From Eledone cirrhosa (Eukaryota), in assembly GCA_964016885.1 (NCBI GenBank), contig OZ024763.1:4712001-4776000 (forward strand): DNA of 64,000 nucleotides, in the 5' to 3' direction. The translations under genes and the position numbers were made by a program. The notes under the pieces are model-generated. The model was not told the origin of the DNA. It searched no databases and saw only the letters and a list, made by a program, of their open reading frames with translations. This document shows positions 13,375 through 26,606 of this stretch, piece by piece (position 1 is the stretch's first letter; each line of letters starts with the position of its first letter).

Positions 13375-14039
13375 CAATTAACACTTAACATTTAATATTC
13401 TACCATACTATTTCATTCTAATACCATTCATTATACATGGGATCTTGAGCATTTTGAAACCTGGTGGAGCCCATCCCCTTTCCAGGTTTGAACACAATGG
13501 ATTTCTTCCAGAGAAGGAGACAGAGAGAGGGGATGAGAAAGAGATAGAGGAAGAATCAACCCCCACTACTGGACTGGTACTCTTTCTACCGACTTGGAAA
13601 GGATGAAAAGCAAAGTCGACCCCGGCAAGATTTGAACTCGGAGAGCGGAATTCATTCTAGCCGACGGTTTAACGATTCTGCCGATTGCTCCTGTAAGAGG
13701 ATGTAAGAGGATGTAAGAGGATGTAAGAGGATGTAAGCAAGTGCAAAGAGAAAAAATAAATAGATAAAGCGTGGGAAAGTTTGTTGACATAATATTGCAA
13801 AAGAGCTTCTACAAATGTAGACATTTGCAGGTGCGAGGTTAGAAAATACCTTGGAATCGATCAAATTTTACCTGGATTAAAATTTTATGGCACATCTTAC
13901 CTGTATCAGAGACACCACAGGACCGCACCCTTTGAAATTCAAAACCACCGATCTCACCGGCTCAGCTATTACTCTCACCCCTTCCAACACCCAAAGCTAC
14001 TGTTACCTTCACTACATGCCTTTACGTACACAAAACCTA

Positions 14040-14345
14040 CCATCCCATCAGCATCACAATCACCACCACCACCACCACCACCACTACAACAACACAATCA
14101 CCATCACCACCACCACCATCGACACCGCAACTCCCACGATCACCAACAACACCACCATAACCACTACCACTACCGACAACGACAATACTACCACCACCAC
14201 CACCACCACTACAACAACACGATCACCATCACCACCACCACCATCGACACCGCAACTCCCACGATCACCAACAACACCACCATAACCACTACCACTACCG
14301 ACAACGACAACAACAATACTACCACCACCACCACCACCATCAACA
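14040..14345. repeat. (CAC/CAA)n repeat with an internal duplication
   Basis: Direct reading. Confidence 0.85.
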
Positions 14346-14625
14346 GTGAAGGCACGTGGCTTAGAGATTTGAGCTCTCAACTAACGATGGTGAGGTCGTG
14401 AGTTAGATTTCATCACCTGGCGTCTCACTTCACCCTGGGCAAGAAACTTTATTTCACTTTGCTCCATTCTACTCCAAAATGGCGGCTTTCTCACACAGTG
14501 TACCACACTGAATATCTCCGAGAACTACGTTAAGTGATCACGTGTCAATTTCACGAGCAGAGGTTCCATTGATTGAATTAACTGGAATACTCATTGTCAG
14601 AATCAATGGCGGCCCAACAACAATA
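14346..14625 (+). mobile_element. Old SINE family 2-related copy
   Basis: GGCACGTGGCTTAG head; CTGGGCAAGAAACTTTATTTCAC; GAGAACTACGTTAAG. Confidence 0.55.
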
Positions 14626-15565
14626 AAGATATATTAGAAATAGCACTGATATAGCGTAGAGATGTATATGAACGCATATCTTTATGTATAATAGACATAT
14701 AAGTCTCACTATGAATGTTTTAAACCGTGATCATGTCACAGCTCTCTCGGTAGTCGGTGAGAATGCCAGGCAGCTGTTTCTTGATTTTTATCCGTCGACA
14801 CACACATATATATATATATATATGTGTGTGTTTATGTGTGTGTGTGTATATATGTATATATGTATATATGTGTTGGTCGGAAAACGCCCTTCTAAAGACC
14901 TTTCTCTCCCCATCATCACACCTCACTCTCCAAACAAACAAAATACTGAAACGTGGTCAACATTTATAATGACATGGGCGTGGTAGTGGTACGGTGTGGT
15001 ATGGTGTGATGTGGTGCGGTGGTAGTGTTAGTGAAAGTGCTGCGGTTGATGATGGTGGTGCAATGGTGAGGGTGGTGGTTGTAGTCGTGATGGTGATAGT
15101 GGGGTGATGTGGTGGTGGAGCAGCTTTCAGGCGTCATGTCTACGGCTCACTTATCTGACTCTAATTATTATTCAAGGTCGGCCTTTCTTAAATGAATACA
15201 AACTTAATTGCTGTTGACTTGGACTTACAGGCTTTTGCTTCCCTCAGCCTCAATATAGTCATCCGAACTGCGAGAAGACGCAGCCAAATCTCCTTCATTT
15301 ACCATATTTCTAACGAAATCTCACTGCTTATGGATTACAAATCGGTGGTGGTGGTAGTGTTGGTGGTGGTGTTGTTGTTGTTGTTGTTGTGGTGGTGGTG
15401 GTGGTGGTGCTGCTGCTGGTGGTGGTGGTACGCTCGTTCTATTGCTTTTTTCAGTTCAAATCTATCCATAAACATGTGTGACATAAGAAACTCTACCACC
15501 AACAATAGCAATAAGACTGCCATTACTATTTATATATTTGTATATATATATATGTGTGTATACGT

Positions 15566-15677
<112 letters not shown>

Positions 15678-16167
15678 ACACACACAAATGATATTTTTGT
15701 ATAAGCATATAACTAATAATTGAGATAAGGGGAGCAAGCAAGATTCAAACAATTTTTTAAAATAAATTAAAAAATATAATTTAAATATTTACCTATTCCA
15801 ATTCCTGTTACCGACGGTTTCACTTCACAAAAGATTGGAGATCCCTAGCGACCTCCAATGGAAAAGTTTAGATCATCAGAAAGCATTTTCCTTTCCTAGG
15901 ACAAAAAAGTCCCAGGAACGGCAAAATATATTGCCATCTGCCAGCTAGCACAGGATCGAATGGGGCCGAAAATTTGGCCTATGCATGAACCAGCCCATAG
16001 TAGAAGCGGAAGTAAACATAGACGTGTTGTCTACCTCGCCACTAAAAATAGCAGCTAAATAGAACAACAGATTTGTTCTCTACATAACGGAGAATATTAA
16101 AAGAAGTTAATATCCCCACAGGTACTAAGTACCCCTGGAAATATATAGGGTGTCTATGATACAGTGG

Positions 16168-16217
<50 letters not shown>

Positions 16218-16254
16218 TGTGTGGATGTAATATTTAGTACATGGATGCATGTAT

Positions 16255-16325
<71 letters not shown>

Positions 16326-16328
<3 letters not shown>

Positions 16329-16516
16329 CGAAGGAAATGTGGTAAGGAACCAGGTGGACCATAACGCACCAAAGTACTCAATACTTAGGGTAGTAGAGTG
16401 GGTAATAGGAACGAGTAGGACCCCGACGGCTGAGCTCAAGCCGTTTCGACGGCTAATTCTGGACGCGAATTAGCCGTCGAAACGGCTTGAGCTCAGCCGT
16501 CGGGGTCCTACTCGTT

Positions 16517-16520
<4 letters not shown>
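16326..16520 (-). mobile_element. Family A fold-back element
   Basis: Same palindrome plus tail in reverse orientation, TA flanks. Confidence 0.85.
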
Positions 16521-16565
<45 letters not shown>

Positions 16566-16813
16566 TGTGTAGGGTAGAATAGGTAGGTCGGGTAATTAGT
16601 ACCCTCCACTCACAAAATATATAACAAGGCTGCTCCATTGTATTACTAGAACAGTTTATTCGATGGATTACCAAACGTTTCCGTCTCCCAAACTCTACTT
16701 ACATTGGTTGGTGTGATCCGAGGCTATGGTCATACCCACAGCTGTAAAGACATTGCCTATAATCATTAGGTCTTTGGTTCGATCCCACCTCATGGCATCT
16801 TGGGCAAGTGTCA

Positions 16814-17745
16814 CTTACCTACCTTCCTACCTTCCAACCTACCTATCTATCTAACTTTCTCCCTACTTACTTACCTACCTACCTATCTATTTACCTACCT
16901 ACCTTCCTACCTTCCAACCTACCTATCTACCAACCTACCTATCTATCTAACTTTCTCCCTACTTACCTACCTACCTACCTACCTACCTACCTACCTATTT
17001 ACCTACCTACCTACCTATTTACCTACCTACCTATCTATTTACCTACCTACCTTCCTACCTTCCAACCTACCTATCTACCAACCTACCTATCTATCTAACT
17101 TTCTCCCTACTTACCTACCTACCTACCTACCTACCTACCTACCTACCTACCTACCTACCTATTTACCTACCTACCTACCTATTTACCTACCTACCTACCT
17201 ATTTACCTACCTACCTTCCTATCTACCAACCTACCTATCTATCTAACTTTCTCCCTACTTACCTACCTCCCAACCTACCTATCTATCTACCAACCTACCT
17301 TATCTATCTAACTTTCTCCCTACTTACCTACCTACCTATCTATCTACCTACCTACCTACCTACCTACCTACCTACCTACCTATTTATATACCTACCTTCC
17401 TACCTTCCAACCTACCTATCTATCTAACTTTCTCCCTACTTACTTACCTACCTATCTATTTACCTACCTACCTTCCTACCTCCCAACCTACCTCATATTT
17501 TCCTCCCTACCTACCTAATATACCCCATATAAACGACAGTGTTGACCCTGTCAAATATCTAGCTGGATAGATAACTACCTGCCTATCTATCAACCTACCT
17601 ACCTAATTACCTCTCTATCTATATATCTATCTACCTGTCTACCTACCTTCCAACATAGATAGCTACCTGTCTACCTACCCCACCTGCCCAATACAAACGG
17701 CACTATCTCCCCTGTCACCCAACTAACTAGATAGATATCTACCTG
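16814..17745. repeat. (TACC)n-based minisatellite
   Basis: Direct reading. Confidence 0.9.
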
Positions 17746-17891
17746 CTGGCCAGCAACTTCTCTCTATGCTTTATATTCTCCAATTTCTTGTCAGTTGACC
17801 CTAATTTAATTAAATCAAGGTGTGTAATTGGAGTTTAAATGTTCCGGGAGTAAAGTAATTGTGGGGGTGGGAGTGGGAGTTCCCTGTGAGT

Positions 17892-17944
<53 letters not shown>

Positions 17945-18434
17945 TGTATGTGTGTGTATGAGGGAATGGAGGAAGTGTGACATACAATCTCTAAAAATAA
18001 TCAAACGGGGAGTCAGATTAAAAGATAAACATACAAGCATACAGACGGATGCACACACGCATAAACACACAAAGGCACTGCACTACACTACACTACACTA
18101 CACTACACCACATGCACATAAACAGGTGCACACGCATACACACACACACACAGGCACTACACCACATGCTAATAGATGGATGCAAAGAAGAAAGGTCTCC
18201 TGGTGAGGCTTGTGTGAAGTAGTGCTAGTTTGTACATAAGCGCTGGTTCTGTGTTTATTTCTGGGTTCAATTAGAGTCTGCTATTGAATTTTATTTGGAG
18301 TTTTGCTCGTTTGTGCGTTTGTGCTATGTAGACCTGGGAATGTATTTGCCAGTTTAGATACGCAATTGTTTCTACGTTAGGCACAAGGCCAGCAAATTAC
18401 CCAGTGCATTACTGGTACCCAGTGCCACACTGAT

Positions 18435-18759
18435 ACTGCTTGGGAGTTAGGTTAAGGGTAATGTTCAGCTACTTGATAAAATATACCTGTAATTACAGTT
18501 ACTTGTAATTCAAATGTGCCATCTCGTTACACAATTTATAACGTCCATTCTACCCTAGACCAATACAATAACTGTTTCTACTTCAGGCACAAGGCCAGCA
18601 ATTACCCCAGTGCATTACTGGTACTTTATTTTATCGACTCCGTAAGGATGAAAGGCAAAGTTAGCCTCGGCGGGATTTGAACTCAGAATGAAAAGCGCCG
18701 TAACTCTATGCGTCAAAGCATGGTGTCCGACCCTCTACCGATACTGCTAATCCTCCGCC
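18435..18759 (-). mobile_element. SINE family 1 with a ~135-bp 3' extension (inverted copy at 21783-21996)
   Basis: Extension 18435-18570 is the reverse complement of 21863-21996. Confidence 0.8.
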
Positions 18760-19617
18760 CCAGTTTAAATACATAATAGTGTGTGTAAATGTATTTATGA
18801 TAACCGAGGGTGTCTATTGCAGTGTGTTTATGTACAATGTATGTTGGGTGGCTTACCCTCCTGGATGGTGAGGTCTGAAGTTGAGGTATGTTTTGTAAGT
18901 TCGGTGTTTGCACGAAGTCACGAGTTCGTTTCTTTTTATTTAATAGTCCTTCTTTGGCGAACAACATTTGGATTGTCTCCTCCTCGGAGCATGCTGTGGT
19001 GGCGTAGTGGAGATATAATGGTGGCGTAGTGGTTAGGTGACGTATTGGAGATATAATGGTGTGGTGTTGTGGTGGCGTAGTGGAGATCTAATGGTGTGGT
19101 GTTGTGGTGGCGTAGTGGAGATGTGGTGGTGGTAGTGTGGTGGAGGTGGTGGTGGTGGTGGTGGTAGTGTGGCGGTGGTGGTGTGGTGGAGGCGGTGGTG
19201 GTGGTAGTGTGGTGGCGGTGGTGGTGTGGTGGTGTGGTGGTGTGGTGCTGGTAGTGGTGGTGGTGGCTATGGTAGAATGGCGGCATGGTCGCATCGTGTC
19301 GTATTTTTCTGGACAGAAAGCGACAATAGTAGAGTGTGGTGTGTTGGTGGCGGACGGAAGGTACGCAATGAAAGGAAAGACAACCGAAGGTATTGTGTCG
19401 CTCTCCTTTGATGTTTTCACACTGATATAGGTGAGGTAAAGAAGGTATTGTGAAATTAGGGTGGGGTGTTAGGTTGGAATGTGGGATCGGTGGTGGTGGT
19501 GGGGGAGGATTGCATAAAAGATGATAAGACTTGGAACTACAGTGATAGGAAAAAAGCAATGTGAGACAGACAGAGACGTAGAGAGAGAGAGACAAATAAT
19601 TAGAGAGAGTGCGGTAT

Positions 19618-19847
<230 letters not shown>

Positions 19848-19865
19848 GTGTGTATATATATATAC

Positions 19866-19996
<131 letters not shown>

Positions 19997-20141
19997 ATCA
20001 AAAGATGGTTAAAGGAGTTCCATGTATTTTATTATGCGCATTTCAAAAACAAACATCATCATGCAATAATATTTGTGTTTTCATCAGATAAAACAGGAGG
20101 CCATGATATGAAGGCTAAAAAAACACTTGTGGATAGTGCAG

Positions 20142-20180
<39 letters not shown>

Positions 20181-20189
<9 letters not shown>

Positions 20190-20634
20190 AATTGTGGTAA
20201 GGAACCAGATGGACCATAACGCACCAAAGTACTCAATACTTAGGGTAGTAGAGCGGGAAATAGGAAAAAGTATGACCCCGACGGCAGAGCTCAAGCCGTT
20301 TCGACGGCTAATTCTGGACAAAAAAAAAAAGAATTTTTAGCATGGTAAATAAATAGCCGAACTTCTCAGTGGGTAATTCCATATATGGGAAGATGTTAAT
20401 TGTCAATTTTGACAATTACTATCTTCCCATATAAGGAAGTACCGCCTGAGAAGTTCGGCTATTTATTTACCAGGCTAAAAATTTTTTTTTTTTTTGTCCA
20501 GAATTAGCCGTCGAAACGGCTTGAGCTCTGCCGTCGGGGTTATACTTGTTCCTATTACCCACTCTACTACCCTAAGTATTGAGTACTTTGGTGCGTTATG
20601 GTCCACCTGGTTCCTTACCACATTTCCTTCGTTA
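20181..20634. mobile_element. Longest family A copy: ~450-bp imperfect palindrome with two full HHR-like folds
   Basis: Axis at 20407-20408; + arm ACCGC-CUGAGAA-G..CGGCUA...UAGCCG UC-GAAACGGC...GCCGUC|GGGGU (20441-20540). Confidence 0.85.
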
Positions 20635-21233
20635 TATATATATATATATATTGTACATATATATCAAATGTAAACAAAACTGTAATTACACCACCACTAC
20701 TAACAACAACAACAACAACAACAACACTATCACGAAGTTTTAAGTTTCGGATCACTGGGTTCAAATGAAAGTAGATCCGATGGTGTGATGGCAGTGACAG
20801 AAGTATGTGTGACCAGAAAATGGATATGGACACAACACACACACCACACACACCCACACTCACACACACACTCACACACACACCACACACACACACCACA
20901 CACACTCACACACACATACATACATACACACACACCCACACCCACACACACCCACACACCCACACACTCACACCCACACACCCACACTCACACTCACACA
21001 CCCACACTCACACACACACACACTCACACACTCACACACACACACTCACACACACTCACACTCACGCGCGCGCGCGCGCACACACACACAGAGACAGACA
21101 GACAGACTCACTCACTCAATATTATTTATATGTGGGGGAAGACAACTGATATAGGACCGGGTCTATGACTCAGTCAGCTGGGTAGCTGACAAGGGCGCAG
21201 GCCTCATTACTGAGCGTTATTGTATTGTTCTAG

Positions 21234-21422
21234 GGCGGTGGATTGGCAGTATCGGTTGAGGGTCGGACGCCATGCTTTCCAGCATAGAGTTACGTCCCTT
21301 TACGATCTGAGTTCAAATCCCGCCGAGGTTGACTTTGCCTTTCAGCCTTACGGGGTCGATAAAATAAAGTACCAGTAATGCACTGGGTAATTGCTGGCCT
21401 TGTGCCAAAAGTAGAAACAATT
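21234..21422 (+). mobile_element. Full-length SINE family 1
   Basis: Consensus match, A and B boxes. Confidence 0.9.
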
Positions 21423-22366
21423 ATTATTATTATTCACCGATTTTTTTTTTCAAGTTTCACCTGGAAAGGAAGGCGAGGGTGGAGAGGGAAGTACTCTCAC
21501 CCAAAGGTAGATAAAAGTCACAAAAATGACAAAAGTGGATGGGACAGACTACTGCATGATCCTGAAGGTGGGACAACAAATGTTGGGAAAGGGCTCAGAG
21601 TGATTGTGTGGGTCTGTAGTATTCAGCTCTCTCTACCAGGGGACTGAATGTCTTATATAATTGTATGCTAAGTATAGTTAAACTGTATACTATTTATATT
21701 TGTTAGCCATTTTCCCACTAGTTTCTGCGTAAAACTCCACCTTCAAGTTGCATTTAGTCTTTGTAATGACCTCCAACCTCCTCCCTACGGGGGTCGATAA
21801 AATAAAGTACCAGTAATGCACTGGGGTAATTGCTGGCCTTGTGCCTAAAGTAGAAACAGTTATTGTATTGTTCTGGGGTAGAATGGACGTTATAAATTGT
21901 GTAACGAGATGGCACATTTGAATTATAAGTAACTGTAATTACAGGTATATTTTATCAAGTAGCTGAACATTGCCCTTAACCTAACTCCCAAGCAGTGTGA
22001 AACGATATTTGACTCCCTCGCAGGCACCCCTCTCTCCACATTTTCCCGTCCCCAGATGGAGCAACACGTTGTGTTTCTTCAGTAAAATACTTTCTTTTTC
22101 TGGCCTCTGCCAATAGTCGCTGCCGGCAGCTAGTATCAGCAATGGAAAGAACAATGAAGACTTTGTTCCTTGGTCAAGTCTATGAATTAGCTCCTTTCCT
22201 CTTCCTTTTATATTCTAATGATGAGGGAGGTGAATATATATATATATATATATATAACGGCTGCGTTCACATCTGGAGAGGGGATGGGCCGGGCCCCGCA
22301 AGGTTTAAAGTGCGCAAGACAGTATATCACGAGGGCACGTCTACGACGCCATCAGGGGTTGTGGGT

Positions 22367-22451
<85 letters not shown>

Positions 22452-22558
22452 GGGAGTGTAACTTGGAGTTACTGCAGGTTCACCCGGGTGAGCACTCGAT
22501 GTTTCGGTTCACTTCTGTGTTGAGGTGTAGAGCATATATATATATATATATATATATA

Positions 22559-22891
22559 TAGGAACCAGTAAGACCCCGACGGCTGAGCTCAAGCCGTTTC
22601 GACGGCTAATTCTGGACGCAATTCAGTCAAGAATTAGCCGTCGAAACGGCTTGAGCTCAGCCGTCGGGGTCTTACTGGTTCCTATTACCCACTCTACTAC
22701 CCTAAGTATTGAGTACTTTGGTGCGTTATCGTCCACCTGGTTCCTTACCACATTTCCTTCGTTATGTATATATATATATATAGGAAAAAGTATGACCCCG
22801 ACGGCAGAGCTCAAGCCGTTTCGACTACCTAAGTATTGAGTACTCTGGTGCGTTATGGTCCATCTGGTTCCTTACCACATTTCCTTCGTTA
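22559..22891 (+). mobile_element. Two adjacent family A elements (22559-22764 and deleted copy 22781-22891)
   Basis: Consensus match, separated by a short TA tract. Confidence 0.85.
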
Positions 22892-23659
22892 TATATATAT
22901 ATATATATAAAGAGAAAGAGAGAGAGAGAGGGGGGGGGGGAGATGTATGGTAGATTAACGAAAGTGAAGTCTCTAGGCTTAAGAAACTGCCGGAACAGAA
23001 TGTAGGTCGGTGTTTGTTGTGAGAAGAGAGAGAGTGTGATGGCAGTGGAGTAGGGTGGGGGCCAGTGGAGCAGGGATGGGGGAAACAGGTTGATAGATTA
23101 AACGATAAGTGTGATTGTAATAAGGCGAGTGTGACTCTAAGTGTGAGGGTGTGAGTGAGAGTATGATGGGAGGCCAGGCAGGTAGATTAAACGATAAGTG
23201 TGATGACACACGAAGAAAGGCATGGTTATCTGTCATTTTTTCTACTTTTCCTTTTAACATTTTTACTTTTTTTTATGGGGGGGGGGGGGGGGGGGCAGTT
23301 TTTCTTTTTATTGTCTCCCTTGTTTTTCTTATCACTGGTATGCCAGACAGCCTCATCGTGTGATTGACTGGTTATTGAACTCGCACTGCCCTCCAGTGAT
23401 TATGCTGACATCGTTTGAGGATGTGAATGGCATGGGGTTAGTAAAAAAAGAGAGGATATATATACATATATATATATGTATATATATATATATAGAGAGA
23501 GAGAGAGAAAGAGAGGGGGGGGGCAATATGGCAGCCGTGATATGACAAACGCTTGATTATCACAGCAGACACACAGACAGACAAGGACGTTTAACTTGGT
23601 AATTAATTGACGTCTGATATATAGGGATATGTTGATATCTGGTAATTATACCTTTATAT

Positions 23660-23713
<54 letters not shown>

Positions 23714-23722
23714 CTTTATATG

Positions 23723-23765
<43 letters not shown>

Positions 23766-23807
23766 CTTTATATATATAAAATGCCAGCACCAATAGTTTT
23801 GCAAGAG

Positions 23808-24024
23808 ATGTCAACATGAATGGATGGACCTGTCATTTTTATCTAAAGACATTTTTCCAATTCCATCCCGCCCGTTCCCTCAATGTATTTTATTTCTCAT
23901 TCTTTCTTCTGATGAAGGACTAGCGTCCGAAATGTTAAGACCCTCTTCCTGCTATATTAAGCGTTAACCTAATATATACCTTCCATATACTGTACCGATT
24001 GTGTTGTTATTTCTGTTTACCTTT

Positions 24025-24028
<4 letters not shown>
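23808..24028 (+). mobile_element. Family C PLE pLTR-like fragment with minimal HHR at 23905-23940 (second copy at 39833-40046)
   Basis: UCUU-CUGAUGA-A GGAC UAGC GUCC-GAAAUGUU|AAGA; the other copy has GAAACAUU, so the inferred consensus is GAAACGUU. Confidence 0.7.
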
Positions 24029-24064
<36 letters not shown>

Positions 24065-24145
24065 GAAACACACAGATATATGCGGACACACACATATATA
24101 CATGAATGCATCCGCACCCAACTGTGAGTTACTATATATATATAG

Positions 24146-24259
24146 TACGTTATTCCGGGTTGAATCGGAGGTAACCACAGTAAGTAAGGTACTCAATACA
24201 TTGCAGAGATTCCTGATGATTTCTAAAGAATGAAACAGTTCTAGTCCTGTAGAATCTCA

Positions 24260-24263
<4 letters not shown>
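24146..24263. mobile_element. Family B element with intact HHR at 24206-24258 (+)
   Basis: GAGAUUC-CUGAUGA-U UUC UAAA GAA U-GAA ACAG UUCUAGUC CUGU A|GAAUCUC; 7-bp stem I; inverted tail upstream; TA flanks. Confidence 0.8.
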
Positions 24264-24317
<54 letters not shown>

Positions 24318-24376
24318 AAAAAAAGAAAATGGCTGAATACAATAAATGTAATCTGTGTTTTTCGAATATTAATAAT

Positions 24377-24560
24377 TGTTTCTACTTTTGGCACAAGGCC
24401 AGCAATTATCCAGTGCATTACTGGTACTTTATTTTATCGACCCCCGTAAGGATGAAAGGCAAAGTCAACCTCGGCGGGATTTGAACTCAGATCGTAAAGG
24501 GACGTAACTATGCTGGAAAGCATGGCGTCCGACTCTCTACCGATACTGCCAATCCACCGC
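24377..24560 (-). mobile_element. Full-length SINE family 1 with 18-bp TSD
   Basis: TTTTCGAATATTAATAAT at 24359-24376 and 24562-24579. Confidence 0.92.
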
Positions 24561-24620
24561 ATTTTCGAATATTAATAATAACATTCGATTCGTTTGCAAT
24601 TATGCAAACAAGCCTCAATG

Positions 24621-24720
24621 TTATAGCCATGTCAGTAGAATGAACACTTCATTCTTGCTCTTGTTCGCATACCAACACAAGAGTAAGAATGAAGTGTTCA
24701 TTCTACTGACATGGCTATAA
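24621..24720. repeat. Inverted repeat with 44-bp arms (1 mismatch) and a 12-nt spacer
   Basis: 24621-24664 is the reverse complement of 24677-24720. Confidence 0.9.
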
Positions 24721-25269
24721 AATTGATGACCATATTTTCTTTACTCTCCTGTTATTGGTGGCACAATGATCCTGGACTTCTCGCCAGTGTTCACTTATCA
24801 TTTCTCCTATGCTATGGGCTGTCTCACCTATGTATGTTGTATTCTTATTCCTACACTGTCCCTCAGTACATCTTACATTATATACTACGTTTCTAGTTTT
24901 GCAGCTAGTTTGCGGACTTACTTTTCAGACTATGCATTTCCTATCAGTGCAGGGGGTTCTTTGAGACGGATTTGTTTTACTAATTAGGGTTATTTATTGC
25001 TATTATACCATAAGAATTCTTTCTATCTTATTCCAAAATGTGCTCCTGTACATGGGGCAAGTCCTATTTGCATAATTTTCTACAATTTTTGCCCATTTGG
25101 CCCTGGTTCCTTTATATACTCTGATCTTGTCTCTCTTTCAGATAAGAAATCTTGCAAAACAAATTCAAAAAACGAAGTATCTATGTATATATATATATAT
25201 ATTGTTATATTTGGGGAGGCTCATATTGTTATAATATTGCCAGAAATAATAAGAGAACACACTCACTGT

Positions 25270-25367
25270 TTGGTTTGGGTTGGTTTTCGCTTCTGTATCT
25301 TTTATATCTCCACAGTTAATTTATCTGGCAATCAATGTTTATCATTGATTGACCAACGGTTAAAAAT

Positions 25368-25450
<83 letters not shown>

Positions 25451-25529
25451 ATCAAAGTTCTTTCGTCACACATCTGTGACATCATCAGTGGTACTATTAT
25501 GTTTCCTCCCGTTGTATTGTAATGTCTAT
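25270..25529 (-). mobile_element. Family F repeat with degenerate HHR (second copy at 56580-56776, +)
   Basis: Minus: CCA-CUGAUGA-U GUCACA GAUG UGUGAC-GAAA; both copies carry an internal TA tract at the same position. Confidence 0.6.
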
Positions 25530-26606
25530 GCTATTTATATATATATATACAGAAGCAAAGCGTGCTCGATCATAGAGATGCGATGTTAAATATTATAGCG
25601 GAGTTAATATTTAAGGAGAGTTAAGTGCTGAAGGTGAGCAGAGCGGATATAATAAAAAAAATATATGGAGGAGAAACCAAGAAAAAAATAAAGGGCCGAT
25701 CATGAATCTCTTCTTATACCTCCAACCATTTTTCTTAAAGAATAAATGTATCATGAATGTGTAGCCTTGCTTTGCTGTCGTACGAACTTGGACTTTCCAT
25801 CCAGCAACATCTTTAAGGACAATAATTTATCGCTGATGAGTCTTATAAGTACATCTCTACTGTAGTATGTATACACACATATATGTCTACCTGTTGTATC
25901 ATAAATGTACTGGAAGACGAAACACGTGTAAGAATTAAATCTTGTTTTTAGATGTTTTGCTTTCTCCTGTGTGTGTGTGCATATATACATATACCTATGT
26001 ATATATGTATATATATATATATATATATTTATATGTGTACACAACAGAATAAATAGCTGGAATGTCTGGCATATTTCCACAGTCCTATTAATGGGATGTT
26101 AGTCGAACTTTCTTATTTATTTAGTTTATCAACTACTGGAGTCAGTGTAGGCTACTGCCATTTTCCCAGCCCCGGCAACCATAGCTACTTATACACACAC
26201 ACACACCATACGCACGCCCTTAGACATACACCCTTACACGCACACGCATCCTCACACACACCCATTACATACACTCTCTTACACACGCATTATCACACAC
26301 ACATCCTCAGACTCATCCTCACACGCCCTCACTAACACATACTCACAGGCTTCCTTACACAAACCCTCACACATATTCTCTTTGCCCCTTACACTCATCC
26401 CCACACTCGTACCTCACAAATGAAACGGAATCATCATAACTGCAATGACGCCACAACTGGACGTGTACTTTTTTTTTTTATCAACTTTGAAAATTATGCA
26501 AAGCAAAGTTGAACCCTTCAGGATTTGAACCGGGGACGCTGGACTGAACAACTCAGAGCATTCTATCCGACGTTCTAACAACTCCACCAACTTATATCGT
26601 CTTATA

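Noticed and set aside
15805-15884. CUGAUGA...GAAACCGUCGGUA on the minus strand
   Set aside because: No convincing stem I; degenerate
19290-19490. Possible PLE ORF N-terminal remnant (also 22980-23220 and 45150-45420)
   Set aside because: Similarity too weak to call by eye
21234-21330. SINE heads as functional tRNA genes
   Set aside because: A and B boxes are present but there is no cloverleaf or anticodon arm, and they are followed by SINE body (some family copies have TSDs)
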